64,000 nucleotides of DNA. It comes from Vezdaea acicularis. Its lineage: Eukaryota. A program made the position numbers and the translations under genes. Under the pieces are notes generated by a model. It was given only the letters and a program-made list of their open reading frames with translations. It made no database searches and was not told the DNA's origin. This document shows, in pieces, positions 11,530-23,622 of the stretch (position 1 is its first letter; each line of letters begins with the position of its first letter). The stretch covers positions 1 through 64,000 of the forward strand of contig JAPEUI010000090.1 of the NCBI GenBank assembly GCA_026025075.1. Reading direction: 5' to 3'.

Positions 11530-14500
11530 TTATATCGATGCAATGCCTACGCTATCCCTGAATTCTTCAAACGCCCCCGGACTCGCGATAATGATGTCCA
11601 TACCATGCGAGCCCTTGCCGCTAAGCTTCACATTGAACCTCGCAAGCTCTTGCTGTTTCTTCGGCTTCTTTACTGTCTCTCTTAAGCCATATACATCCTT
11701 CACTCTTGCAACAACGTCTCCTCTCCATTGCTTCCAGACCTCCCAGTTCTCCCTCTGGCGTTCGACCTTCCATCTGGCAGTCTCTTTCGCTGGTCGCCAC
11801 TTGTTCCTATCCTCACCTTCCTCCAACTTATGTAGTCGTGCGTTCTGAGCGAGATATAGTAACTCGTGCAGCACGTCTTTCCCTTCAGTCTTGAGAAGCT
11901 GTTCTTTCTCTCGCTTCCTTGATTTAGGATTCATGAGGGGCTCTTCTAGCCATGAGGGCGTCCTGCCCGTCTCAACTAGGCGTGCCCGCCTGTTGTCCTC
12001 ACGAAGATACCTTACAGCGGATTGAAGAGTCATGACTTCTGTCTGCAGTGCCTCCATTTCTCTTGCAGTGGCTACAGCGCGCTCAGTGCCACCTGTATCC
12101 ATCCCTGGAGAACCCTCACCAGAAATGCGTTTCTGCGAGGCTTCTCTCTTCAGCCGCTCCGTCGCAATCTCTGCAGCTCTTAATTGACGTTCTTGAGCAG
12201 CTATAGCTTCTTTGAGGTCTTTCTCCCGCTCTTTCGCATCATCGACGAATTTCTCAAGCTCCGAAATGCGCTCTCCCTTCTTTGTAGCGTCACGCATCCT
12301 GCTCTCCAACAGCTCAATCTTGACAGAGGATTCACCAAGGCTCTTTTCACAGATCTTGATTTGTGTGGAACGCTCGTGCACGTCTTCTTTGAGCCTACGA
12401 AGTTCATCCTCGACATCAACCGAAATGGTTTTGGTGCTCTTAAGTTCCTGGCTACGTAGAAGCCAAGGTGCAGGCGAACGCTCAAATTCAACAGTCATCT
12501 CCAGGTCAGAGGTCAGGCTACCAAGGTCGAGTAAAGAACTGATGAGTTTTCGGAGTTTGCTATTGAAGGTGGCGAATAGATCGGTTTCAGCAACACCAAA
12601 TAAAGATGAAGTTGTTTGATACATCTTTGTTTGAACTTCCGAGTTTGTAAATGGCTCCCTACGACCCTCTTCACTGAGGAACTGGAATAGATCGAGACCG
12701 ATAGTCCTTGCGTACATCGCAAGTTCCTCTGCGGCTTCTCCGCATTGAACAAAAGATTCGAGAGTTTCTACACCTAGCGAGAGCGACCTTGACTTTAATT
12801 CATCCAAAGCTCTTACAACTTTAGTCGTTATCACCTTAGCACTTCGTGTATGAGAGATAACAGATTCCATCTTTTGAAGTAGATGTTGCGCTTCCTCGTC
12901 ATCTTCCCCAGTCGATGGAACCTTTGCCAGAATCATAGATTTGGAGTGAGATATTGCCGATGCTGTACTCTCCAGATTGCTTTGCACTAAGAGAGCGCGC
13001 ATGTGAACATCCCCGGCATAACTTGCAACGGTGTCCGGAATATGGATCTCTGCAAGGTGTGACATGAGTGCTATTGTCCGGGACAGCTCCTCTGCACATT
13101 GCTTTTCCTTCAGTTCGTCTCGTCGCAACCCATCAATCCAGCTATTAAGTGCTCGCTCAACGGGCTCAAGCTCGTAAAGAGCTCCTTCGAATCTTGAGAA
13201 TTGATCTATCGTACATTCGCTGATAGTGTTTACGAAGCGATCGCACATTGTCTTGACCCAAGTGAGCTTGTCTAGAACATCGCAGGCTGCGAAAATGTCG
13301 TCTTCGTGACCAATAGGTGTATGCCCACCCACTCGCTCTTTAATGAATCCATGAAGTAGATTCGACTTGAACTCAACGCGTTTAAAGCGAAGCAGTGCTA
13401 ATACTGAGTCGCGCTCAGCGTGATAAGCTTCAGGAAGGAAAAGCTGTACGATTGCGAGGTGCTCAGCGGCTTCTTGGGCGTCCAGGCGTCGAAGTTCGAG
13501 GTCGATCGTCTTCAGTTGTGTCTTGGCTGCAGAGACTTGCAATTTCATGTTGAGGTCCATCATCGCTCTTGAGCGACTTGCAAGCTCCTCTGCTTCAGTC
13601 TCGGTCAATTGCTGGGACGACTTCATGTCTTCTAGATCGCTCTGCAAAGTTGTGACTAGCTCCCTAAAACGAGCGACTGTGTATTCGTAGTCTTCCATCA
13701 TCTCTTCCTGTTGTGCCGCTTTTCTCGCCGTCTCTGCTACCAGATTGTCCTTGTAGTCGATCTCTTGTTGCATCTGCTTCTCGGTTTCGATATGATTGAT
13801 CTCAAGCTCATCATTGAGCTCCTTAAGGCTTTCGAGGTCTTCTATAGTAACACGGAGATCTTCAATAACCTCACTTTGGTTCATGTTCTTCTCAGTCAAC
13901 TCCTCAATCATCTCCTCAGCACCAAGGGCAGTCTCAAGTTGTTGCCGAAGTTCATCAATGACAGCGTCAGACTGTTGAAGCTTCTCTTTCGTAGTCTCAT
14001 ATTGGTCCTTGACGCCAGACATCTCCCGCACATCCTCTTCTAGACTCTGAATTTGATCTCGGAGCTCTGATTCTGATTGTTGAGTCATGTCTCTTAAGCG
14101 CAAGAGTGCTTCCCGTAGCCTTTCGTTATTTCTCTCCATCTGTAGCCATCCCTGGCTAGTCTTCTCTTCCGGGGACATCTCCTTGCCAAGCTCTTCGTTC
14201 TCTTCCCGAAGAATCTCAACTTCCAATTCCAGCTCTTCGGCCTTAAGCTTGTAGGCCTCCATTTCTGTTTTGTATCCTTCCGCACTTTCTTCAGCCATTT
14301 CCCTGTCCAGTGTTGCCATCTCCAGTGCCATTTCATGTTCAGCATGCTGGGTCTCAACCTCTTCTATTCGAGCATCTGTCTCCTTGAGCTGTTTCCGAAG
14401 TTCTGCAATCTCCTGCTGCTGTGGCTGATACTTCTGCTGAAGCTTTTGGATGATAGCCTCAAATTTATCCCTTTCGCTTTGGACCCTCTCTAAGGATTTT

Positions 14501-15598
14501 AATTTCTCTCGGTCCTCCATCCTACGCTTCTCCATCAAACGAAGCTTCGTCTTCAGGTCCTCAACTTCTCTGCTGGCCACAGTAATGCTTGGTGCTGATC
14601 GTGAAGTGACTGGAGAAGATAGGCGTCCGGTGTTTGTGGCACCACTGAGCGCTGAAGTCCGAGTAAGGACGGGGCTCGCGCTCTTCCGTGCCATGCTTTC
14701 AGGAGTTTCGCTTTTAGGGGGAGATTTAGTGAGCGCGGACCGTTTGTCCTCTATAGTCTCTTGCTCGCTACCCTCGCTAGGCGGGCTAACCCCACTTGTT
14801 GTAGTCGGCCTCCTCGCTGAAAGACCCTGTCCTGGTCTCAATGACAGTCTATTCGACGATGGTCTTGTGGTTGGAGGGACGGCAGTTCCAGCTGATCTCG
14901 ATGCTGGCGGACCTGACATTGATTGTCTTGAGGGTCTATGTGAAAGAGTAGGAGCTGCAGGAGGCCCCATCGACGTCCGGTTGCTTAAACTTGGTCGAGC
15001 ACGGTTGTGCATGACAGGAGGGCGTCCTGCTGCACCAGGTGTGGTAGTACGGGGAGTTGAAGCCCCTGACGAAGCAGAGGATCCGACATGTTTGGTAGGA
15101 GACTTGGTAGGTGACTGTCAAGGTATTAGGGCCAAAATTCTTCAATACTCTTGATACACTTACACGGAGATCTCTTGATAGCCCAGCGCTTGTTTTCGCA
15201 GCAGATATTGGGCTTGCGCTGCCGTTTGCACTTTGCCTAGCAGACCCCCCCAAGGCACTTGTTCTCCTTCCAGCAACAGACGTTCCGCTCAATGGGCGCT
15301 TACTTTCTAGTACATCTCCATTCACCTTCAGCGAGGCTTTTCTAGGTGGCAGCGGCACAGGTTCTTCTAGGACGCTTACGATGGCCGCAGGTCTGCAGAA
15401 CATGCCGTGTGCAGCATCACAGTGGAAATATCGTTCCCCTTGGACAGAGCCATCGTTTTTGCCAGATGCGTCCCCAAGCTCGACACCAATCCAGGCTCCA
15501 GGCGAAAAGTGAGTCGTGCCGACAAACCTGATAGTTGCCCTCCGGCCGTCGGAAAGCTCCACTATCTGGCTGATCTTGAAGTTAGAGTTATCGCCCAT
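11530..15598 (-). CDS. Dynactin p150Glued subunit (NudM/Ro-3/Nip100 homolog; intron 15115-15163)
   Basis: N-terminal CAP-Gly motif GKNDGSVQGERYF, basic Ser/Pro linker, long coiled coil with EMATLDREMAEE, dynactin domain. Confidence 0.95.
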
Positions 15599-16134
15599 TA
15601 TGAAGGCTGATCAGAGGTGTCAGATGAAAGTTGCACAAAGCATTTCCATCCTTATCGACTCCCACACCAGATCGTCCTATAGCTTAGTCGGTGGAATCGG
15701 TAGAACATCTTGTGGGCGCATTGTGGATACGAATGCAAGCATTGAGAATCGTCATCCCTGAAACGTTGAAACGCAGAAACTCGGTAAAACGCGCCGCGCG
15801 ACATGGGCAAACAGACGCCAAGAAATGCCGAAAACATCATCAGCGAGAGCACAGTATTTTGATTTAAATGATGAGCTTGGATTTGGCAACTCTAGCCAAG
15901 TATTCAGAGCTTTCTATAATTAATAGAGAGCGGATATATTTTTAAATATACTTCCACGCTCGAGTTCTACTTAATTCTATTCCCCAGTTCGACGTTTCGA
16001 GTTACACCCGTGGTTCACCACACCCCCATTAATTATTTTCGTCTCAAACATCATGATCTCTGAGTACGGCGGTCTACCAAAGAGTTCCGAGTGTTGTTTA
16101 TTTGTTACACAATCCTGATGCTCCCAGTAACCCC

Positions 16135-16155
16135 ATGCTATGCTATGCTATGCTA
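16135..16155. repeat. (ATGCT)4 microsatellite just downstream of the PXA2 stop
   Basis: atgctatgctatgctatgcta read directly. Confidence 0.8.
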
Positions 16156-16178
16156 CAAGTATGATATTGGACAATATT

Positions 16179-18460
16179 TTACGCGGTAAGCTCGGCGATC
16201 CTCCTTTCTATCTCAGGAACAGCTCTAAGCTGCAGATCGATTTCTTCCTTTTCACTGTTCAAGATTAGCCAGCGCCTTATCGTGGAGAATAGAATCAGGC
16301 TTACTCCTCAAGCTCCAATCTGCGCTCAGCGTCTAATTTGGTAAAAACATAATTGCCTTGCCCGTCAAATTGGAGGATATTTTTATGATACTTCCAGAGA
16401 CTCCGGCGATGGCTGACTGTCATTAAGGTAATCCCAAGACTCTTGGCGGTCTCATACATGATCCTCTCAATCTCCAGTGTCACGCTGCTCGTGCACTCAT
16501 CGAGTATTGCGTACTTAGGGGCGTGATAGAACAGCCGAGCCATTGCAATGCGTTGCTGGAGGCCGCCTGAGAGCACGTCTCTCCACTCCTGCTCCGCGTC
16601 CCAGCCGCCCTCACGATCGACAATCTGGTCGATTTCTACAGTCGAAAGGATCTGCAGGAGATCATTATCAGTGACCCCTTTATCTCGCATCTCCCGGACC
16701 CCATCAGGGTATATGACCTGTTGACGAAGTGATCCTCGAGATAAGTAGGGTCTTTGTGGTAGAAGGAAAATATCCTGAAAGGGGGGCTTCCGAACGATAC
16801 CGCCATAAACTGGCCACAGACCACCTAGGATTCTGAACAGCGATGATTTGCCACAGCCATTCGGGCCTACTATCAAAAGATGCTCCCCTGGTCGGACAGA
16901 GAAGCTAAGTTGCCGGACTAAAACGTCACCGTTAGGCGAGACAATAGGTACATCCACAAACTCGATATCCTCGCCCTCAATGATTGTACCTCTACTGCCA
17001 AGGACAGCAGCATTCTCCTCGGTACTTGCAGAAGATACAAGCTTCTTCTCGAAATGGCCAGCCTGAATGTCGGCCATAACATCAAGCAGCGTTGATACTC
17101 TTGAAGTATATCCAGCTAGCTCAGTTATCTCCTTGTAGGAGAACATGACGCGGCCGAAGGCGTCCGAAGACGAGAGAAGCATACGCCGATTGGTGACGAA
17201 GCCTATAGTTGGTCAGCCAAGTAGGAAGTAGAAATGGGACGTGGGTTCGTACTCTCCGTTCGGTCGCCCATGCTATCTACAGTCACACCAGGAACTTTGA
17301 AGAATACCGGAACGCTGCAAAGTATGAGACCTAATGCGCCCCAAAAATACTTGATAACGAAGTCTTCCATGACGCCGTGATAGAATCTTCGTCTAAGGAT
17401 GCGGTTGACATGTTTTATTAAGGTAAAATAGCCCTTGTCGAGAGTGTCCTTTTCCGCTTCATGTCCATGATATAGTGCAACCTCTTCACTGTTGTCTATT
17501 AATCTAGAGTGCTGGAACCGAAACTCCCCTTCCAGGCGCGCCTCGTCTGCAACATATTTCCCGAAGGGTGGCGTAAGCACACGCATGACGTTCGCTGATA
17601 CTTGAACTAGAAGGCTCATAAAGAACAGCCCTTCACCGCCAACGCTTCTTGAGAGCGAGTAATTGTAGATGATCATATCAAGGGTTGGCTTTGCAAGGTT
17701 GGAGTAGAGCTCCGCAAGGCTATTTGAGAATTTTGAAACGTCGACTGTTATAAGTTGATCGGCATTCTTTATCCGGTCGTCTAGAGCGGATAGGGAGTAG
17801 AATGTCATCTTTGAAAGATATTTGTTATGAATATAATTCGTGAGCCTAGTCCGATATTGCAAGGATAGCTTGCACTGGTGGTACGAGAGCTATCTGAGGT
17901 CAGTCGCTATGAAATGTTCTTGAACAAGGCGCGTCACAAACCATGGAGTTTGTGAAAGTCGCAGGTACTGCGACAATCATCCACCATACAATTCCTATGA
18001 GAAACTCCTTCCCCTTTCCTCGGACCAGATTGCTAACGAGCTTGCCATCGAGCTCGGCCACATACAGACTTAGCAGTGTCCTGATGACAAGGAAGACGCT
18101 GTGGCTAATCAGGAGCCGGAGCTCTTTACTTTGCCATCCGGGTACTACAATCTTCAATAGTCTTAACAGATTTTTGAAGAACTCCCGATTGATCTCCACC
18201 TTCTTTCTTGATGTGGCCTCGCCTTCTGTTGTCCCTGTTCCCGGTCTTCTGCGTGCAGCCGCCTGTCGAAGCGCTGCAGCCTTCTGTTCTAAAATAGCAT
18301 TGCGTATTCTGTTAATTAGGGCGACGAATAGAGTAAGGTATACCGTGCGAGATATGTTAGTTCGGTGGCGGAGGTATATGGTCGTGAGTTCCGATACGAT
18401 GCGCTTTATAGATCGATCGGAGGTATATCCGGGAGGAAGTAACTTCGATTGCACTGCCAT
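16179..18460 (-). CDS. PXA2: Peroxisomal ABCD half-transporter for fatty acyl-CoA import (4 exons)
   Basis: EAA-like motif [23 protein letters not shown], Walker [34 protein letters not shown]; last exon ends ELTA* at 16179. Confidence 0.9.
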
Positions 18461-18956
18461 AATGGCACATTTGAATTATTCTCAGTCAACGTAGCTATCG
18501 TTGAAACTCTTGTTGCATTGTTTCGGCGTGAATGGCAGTGCAATATGTGCTCGAATGTCATCCTATAAATCTTGAGGTGCATGTGCTTGTGATCGCTTTA
18601 GATCCTTGCCATCACTTCGTCCCGCTGCCGAGGCATGCAACAGGGTTTCTCCCAGCCAATGAAAGGGTTCCGAAGCGCTATAACAAAAGATATTGCTCTG
18701 AGACGATATGCACAAACTCCAATTTATTATTCGCAATATGACTTATACAACCAAAAAAACCCTTACACGTGATTAGATTGATGGTGTTCATACCATGCGG
18801 AGAAATTGTGGCTAGCGAAGGATTGAGCTCAACTTTACGCTCTCATAACTGAACCTTGCCCAATTAAGACCCGAAGCAGACCCCAAAAATACTCAAGTTC
18901 AGGGCAAATATCGGTCATCAAAATTTGAACGCCTAAGGCTGCCTTACTCTCCTACC

Positions 18957-19322
18957 ATGGCTTCCCAGATAGATAACGCGCGGCGAACGGCCGAAGCCAA
19001 AGCTGCGATCACTGAATCCTTGGCCTCTGTCGGATCCGGAATGGATGCTTCTATGCAGACACGCGCGAGCACTATACATGCCAACTCCGCAGCGCTCAAT
19101 AAGCAGCAAGCCGATGTTGCAAAACAGACCAGCAAGCTAGAGAAGCAAAGCGATCAATGGCAGAAGATGGCTGATACGAGCCATGGACAGCTTAAAGAAA
19201 TTGGTGATATCCAGAATTGGGCTGAGAGGATTGAGAGGGACCTATTAGTGGTTGAGGAGACCTTGAGAATCGCCGAGGAGGAGGGGCAAAATGGGCACGC
19301 GAACGGCCACGCCCCAAAGTAG
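18957..19322 (+). CDS. BLOC-1 subunit 1 (GCN5L1/BLOS1 family)
   Basis: 121-aa coiled coil with LKEIGDIQNWAERIERDL signature. Confidence 0.85.
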   Translation: MASQIDNARRTAEAKAAITESLASVGSGMDASMQTRASTIHANSAALNKQQADVAKQTSKLEKQSDQWQKMADTSHGQLKEIGDIQNWAERIERDLLVVEETLRIAEEEGQNGHANGHAPK

Positions 19323-19690
19323 GGGTTGACTAGTGGCTTAAGGAGACCTTGACGAGACCGTCGTAATTCGCATTTGCTGCTATTGCCATCTCCCTTGGAG
19401 ACCTGCTAAATGCTACGATTAGCTTGAAACCTCAAGAGCCACGGGTAACATCTTGGATGAGAAACCCCTTATCAATCAGACAGCAGTTGGTACAAATTTC
19501 GCTTCCACAAGTGTTTTCAGAACAGGTCTGTGTGAATTGTGCCTCATCATTAAATTCAAAGAATTGAATTGAGGGAGTCTTGCTTGAAGAAAAAGGAATG
19601 CATACTCACTTAGTTCGAGGCCTTCTAGGGGGCTTCTCTTATACAAGGCAATATGAGTCCTGGCAAAAATAGGGCTCACCGGCTAAATGT

Positions 19691-20623
19691 TCATTCAACC
19701 TTTTGCCGTTTGGTGAAGAAAGATTCCATGGTCTTTTGCTTTTCATCATGTGCTGAGCTTCCAACGCCTCCGCGAGTACGCTTGACGCCTTGCAGATGAG
19801 CTCTGTTATCCACCGAACGAATCAGTATCATCCAACCCTTGAGCTTCTCGACCGCTTCGAAATCTTCAATTCCCTCCTTAACTACCTCTTCAATGCCAGA
19901 CTCGATAGTCGCATTTGATTCAAGGGGTAGGAATTGAAGCTCTAGGTATCCAGTGTTTGACCATCTCCTTGTCAATTCGAGGTTCATTGGTTTGCCTGGA
20001 GCTATTGCATTTGGTGCAAACTTGATCAGGTCTCCAGGGACTCGGACCTGTAGCCTTCGCCAAAGTCTGTTGAGCGTCATGCCATGCGAAACGACTGCTA
20101 TGTTCGTATCTACTTCCCCTTTCGACTTGATTATGGGCATGAGGTGCTCATTAAGAAAATTGTCGACTCGCGAAGTTAAAGACTCTTTCGACTCCACCGG
20201 CCGAAAGGATGGTGACTTTGCCTCTAGCTCTGCAAGGCCAGGTTCGCCACCTATTTTGAAGTCTCGCGGGCGTCTTTCATATGACTTGCCCTCCAAAGAT
20301 CCGAAATCTTGCTCCCTAAGTACTTCAAGCTTCGCGATCTGAAGGTTCTCTTGTCTGCCTTGCTTTGAGAGTATGGCATTTGCAGTGTTGAAGGCGCGCT
20401 GAAGGTCGGAAGAGAATATATGCGTAAATTGAACGCCTTTATGTGCGAAATGCGAAGCTAAATGATTTATCTGGAGGACTCCATGTGAAGTCAGGACCGA
20501 ATCTTTTGAACCGGCGCTACACAAGTCAATTTAAGACAAGTACCTTTAGGATCGCAAAAATTCTCACTAATTATGCGCGACGTTGTCGACAGTCTCGCCA
20601 TGGCGTATAAGATACAGCTTCAT
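19691..20623 (-). CDS. Histidine phosphatase / phosphoglycerate mutase family protein (1 intron)
   Basis: Exon 1 MKLYLIRHGETVDN (RHG motif), IFSSDLQRA, LREQDFGSLEG, VVSHG. Confidence 0.9.
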
Positions 20624-20870
20624 TGCAGCTCAAAGTCATTTGGGAAGCCGTGAAAGAGTCTAGGAGTGCAAATAGACGTCAAGGTTTAACTGGCTGGGGC
20701 TGCAGAAGTACCGCTTGGCGAAGAAAGGGAAATTTCGCGAGTAAAATCGCACATCCCACAATTTGGTTAGCTGCCCCGCGTCCGAGAAACACCCAAAAAC
20801 GCGGTGTAGGAAGCCATTCGGAGTGGGCATCCTGGCTTCAATACCTTTTCGCTTCAAGGCCGGTGGCAGT

Positions 20871-23397
20871 ATGGCGCCTATTACCGGTCCGCACCACCAT
20901 CGCAGCACGACGAAGTCAACGCAGAAGGCGTTTAAATCACGACATTCTACGAAGAGCGCCTCGAAAGAGCGGGCGAAAGGTTGTATGAGTTCCATACAAC
21001 ATTTTACCGACTTTCTAACAACCGATAGGAAAGATTGAGGATGGAGGGAAAGGTCATCGACGAACACCCCATCAACAGGTCATGTCGAAATTTGACCGAC
21101 GAAATCAGGCTCGCCAGAGACAGCACAACAAGCACCAAGAACATGCAAAGTCACTGAGTGTATTCTCCGGCCGCGATGGGGCACCGAGGATAGTTGCTTT
21201 GATACCTCTTTGCGTGGGAGGAGACTCTGAGAAAGCTATCCAAAGTCTAAATTCAAGCATCGACTTGAAGACGGGAGCTCCTGTGAACGGTCTTCTAAGA
21301 ACCAGGGTGGAGCGGTTCAAGCAGAACATCGAGTACGTAACAGTTTCAAGAGACCTAGTAGCTGCTTTGGACGTCTGCAGAGTTGCCGATTTTGTTGTGT
21401 TCTTATTCTCAGCGGATAAAGAGGTCGATGAACGGGGAGAGTCTTTGCTTAAGAGTATTGAGAGCCAAGGAGTGTCGAATGTGCTTACGGTGGTACAAGT
21501 AAGACAACATCGATGCATGGACGATTCTACAGCTGACAGAAGGCAGGGATTGGAGGGAACAGAACCACCGAAACGAAGGAAGGACGTGTCGTTATCTCTT
21601 AAGAACTACATCACTCATTTCTTCCCCGATCAGGAGAAAGTCTTTTCCCTAGACTCTGGACCAGACTGCTCTCATATCATACGTTCATTATGTGTAAGGA
21701 CTCCACAAGGTATTAGGTGGAGGGAAAATCGAAGCTGGATGCTAGTAGAAGAGGTCCAGTGGCCGGTTGATTCCGTGGACGAATTCGGGGATGTAGTTCT
21801 TACAGGTGTCATCAGAGGGAAAGGCCTCAAAGCTGATCGTTTGGTGGAGGTTGGAGATTGGGGAGAGTTCCAGATTTCGAAGGTGACAGCCGCATCTTTT
21901 CGCGTCCCCCCTAAGCTCAAAGGCGATGCCATGGCTATGGATGACCAAGTGGAGGAGAAAGTGCTAGAAGCGCCAACTACAGCACAGGATGATCTAGAAG
22001 AACTTGCACCGGAAGAAGCACTTATGAAAGATGCTCATGAGATGCTAAGCTCAGAGACAGGACAAGAAAGAAGAGGCGTTCTTCTTGACGACCATCATTA
22101 CTTCGAAGACGACGAAGTTCATGTAGCGCCGCCGCCAAGGCGACTACCTAAGGGCACTTCGGCATATCAATCAGCTTGGTATTTAGATGAAGTCTCTGAT
22201 TCCGGTTCTGACTTGGACGAAGACGTTGATATGGGCGATAATGGATCCGCGAACTTCCCAACCCTTCCTCAAGATGGCGGAGGAGGTCTTGCAGCTGCCG
22301 TTCCTCAGCCGACTGAGCTCACTCCTTCCGAGGCACCCCCTTCAGAAATGTTCCTTGATCCCTCGCCCGCCTCAGAAGCTGAGGCAAAACAGCTAGCAGA
22401 GTTCCGCTCAAGGCAGAAGGATGAAGATGAGGACCTTGAATTTCCCGACGAAATCGAACTTCATCCAAACGTGCTGGCGCGGGAACGTTTGGCCCGTTAT
22501 CGAGGCCTGAAAAGCCTTCGTACTAGCCACTGGGAGACGTCTGAGGACCAAGCTCATGAGCCATCCGAATGGGCACGCCTCCTTCAAGTCCCTAACTACC
22601 CTGCCTCACTTAGCGCTGCCACTCGCGAGGCTCTCGTGGGGGGCGCTGATGCCGGCACGCGGGTCCACGTATATCTTCGGAAGGTGCCACTTTCACTTTC
22701 CAAGACTCACGATCCAACAAGGCCTCTCGCGCTCTTCTCCCTCCTCAAGCATGAGCGCAAACACGCTGCACTGAACTTCAGCATCACCCTTTCTAGCACT
22801 GCCCCTTCACTTAAATCTAAAGAGGAGCTTATCCTTCAGTGTGGCTTCCGTCGCTTTGTCATCAACCCACTTTTCTCCCAACAAGGACACACGCCCAATG
22901 ACGTCCATAAATTCGACCGCTACCTTCATCCTGGCCGAAGCGGTATTGCTTCTGTCACCGGACCCTTAACATGGGGTGCCGTGCCCTGTCTTTACTTCAA
23001 GCGCTCTTCCGACAATGATGAGCTCACACTAATCGGCACGGGCACCTCCCTTCCGCCTTCCAACACGCGCGTGATAGCCAAGCGCGTCATCCTTACAGGT
23101 CACCCGTATAAGATTCACAAGAAGCTCGTCACTGTGCGATATATGTTCTTTAATAAAGAGGATGTGGCATGGTTCAAGGCATTACAGCTTTGGACAAGGA
23201 GAGGCAGGAGCGGAAATATTAAGGAGAGTCTGGGAACACATGGGTATTTTAAGGCGACGTTTGATGGGAAGGTAGGCCCACTGGATGCGGTCGCTGTGAG
23301 CTTGTATAAACGAATGTGGCCCAGGACAGTGAGGAGGTGGACAGAGACTGAGAAAACGGCTGAGCAGGGAAAAGAAAGGATGGTCCTAGAGACTTAG
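20871..23397 (+). CDS. TSR1: 40S ribosome biogenesis protein Tsr1 (introns ~20980-21027 and 21499-21546)
   Basis: FKSRHSTK, DLEFPDEIEL, ARERLARYRGLKSLRTS, KRVILTGHPYKIHK, IKESLGTHGYFKATFD. Confidence 0.95.
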
Positions 23398-23622
23398 GGA
23401 CTTAGGATCGTTGTTCCGTGTTGCTTTCGGGCTATATGAATCCAGAAAAGCCATCTGCAAGCTCGAACAGACCGCTGCGCATGTGATACACTCCGATTTA
23501 GTGCCCGAAAAACCGGACTCCAACATTCCCAACATCCTTGCCATCAAACTCCTTATACACACTCCTTGGCCAGAGCCCTATCGAACAAACCCCAGTCTTC
23601 TTCGCCTTACAACGCCACTGGC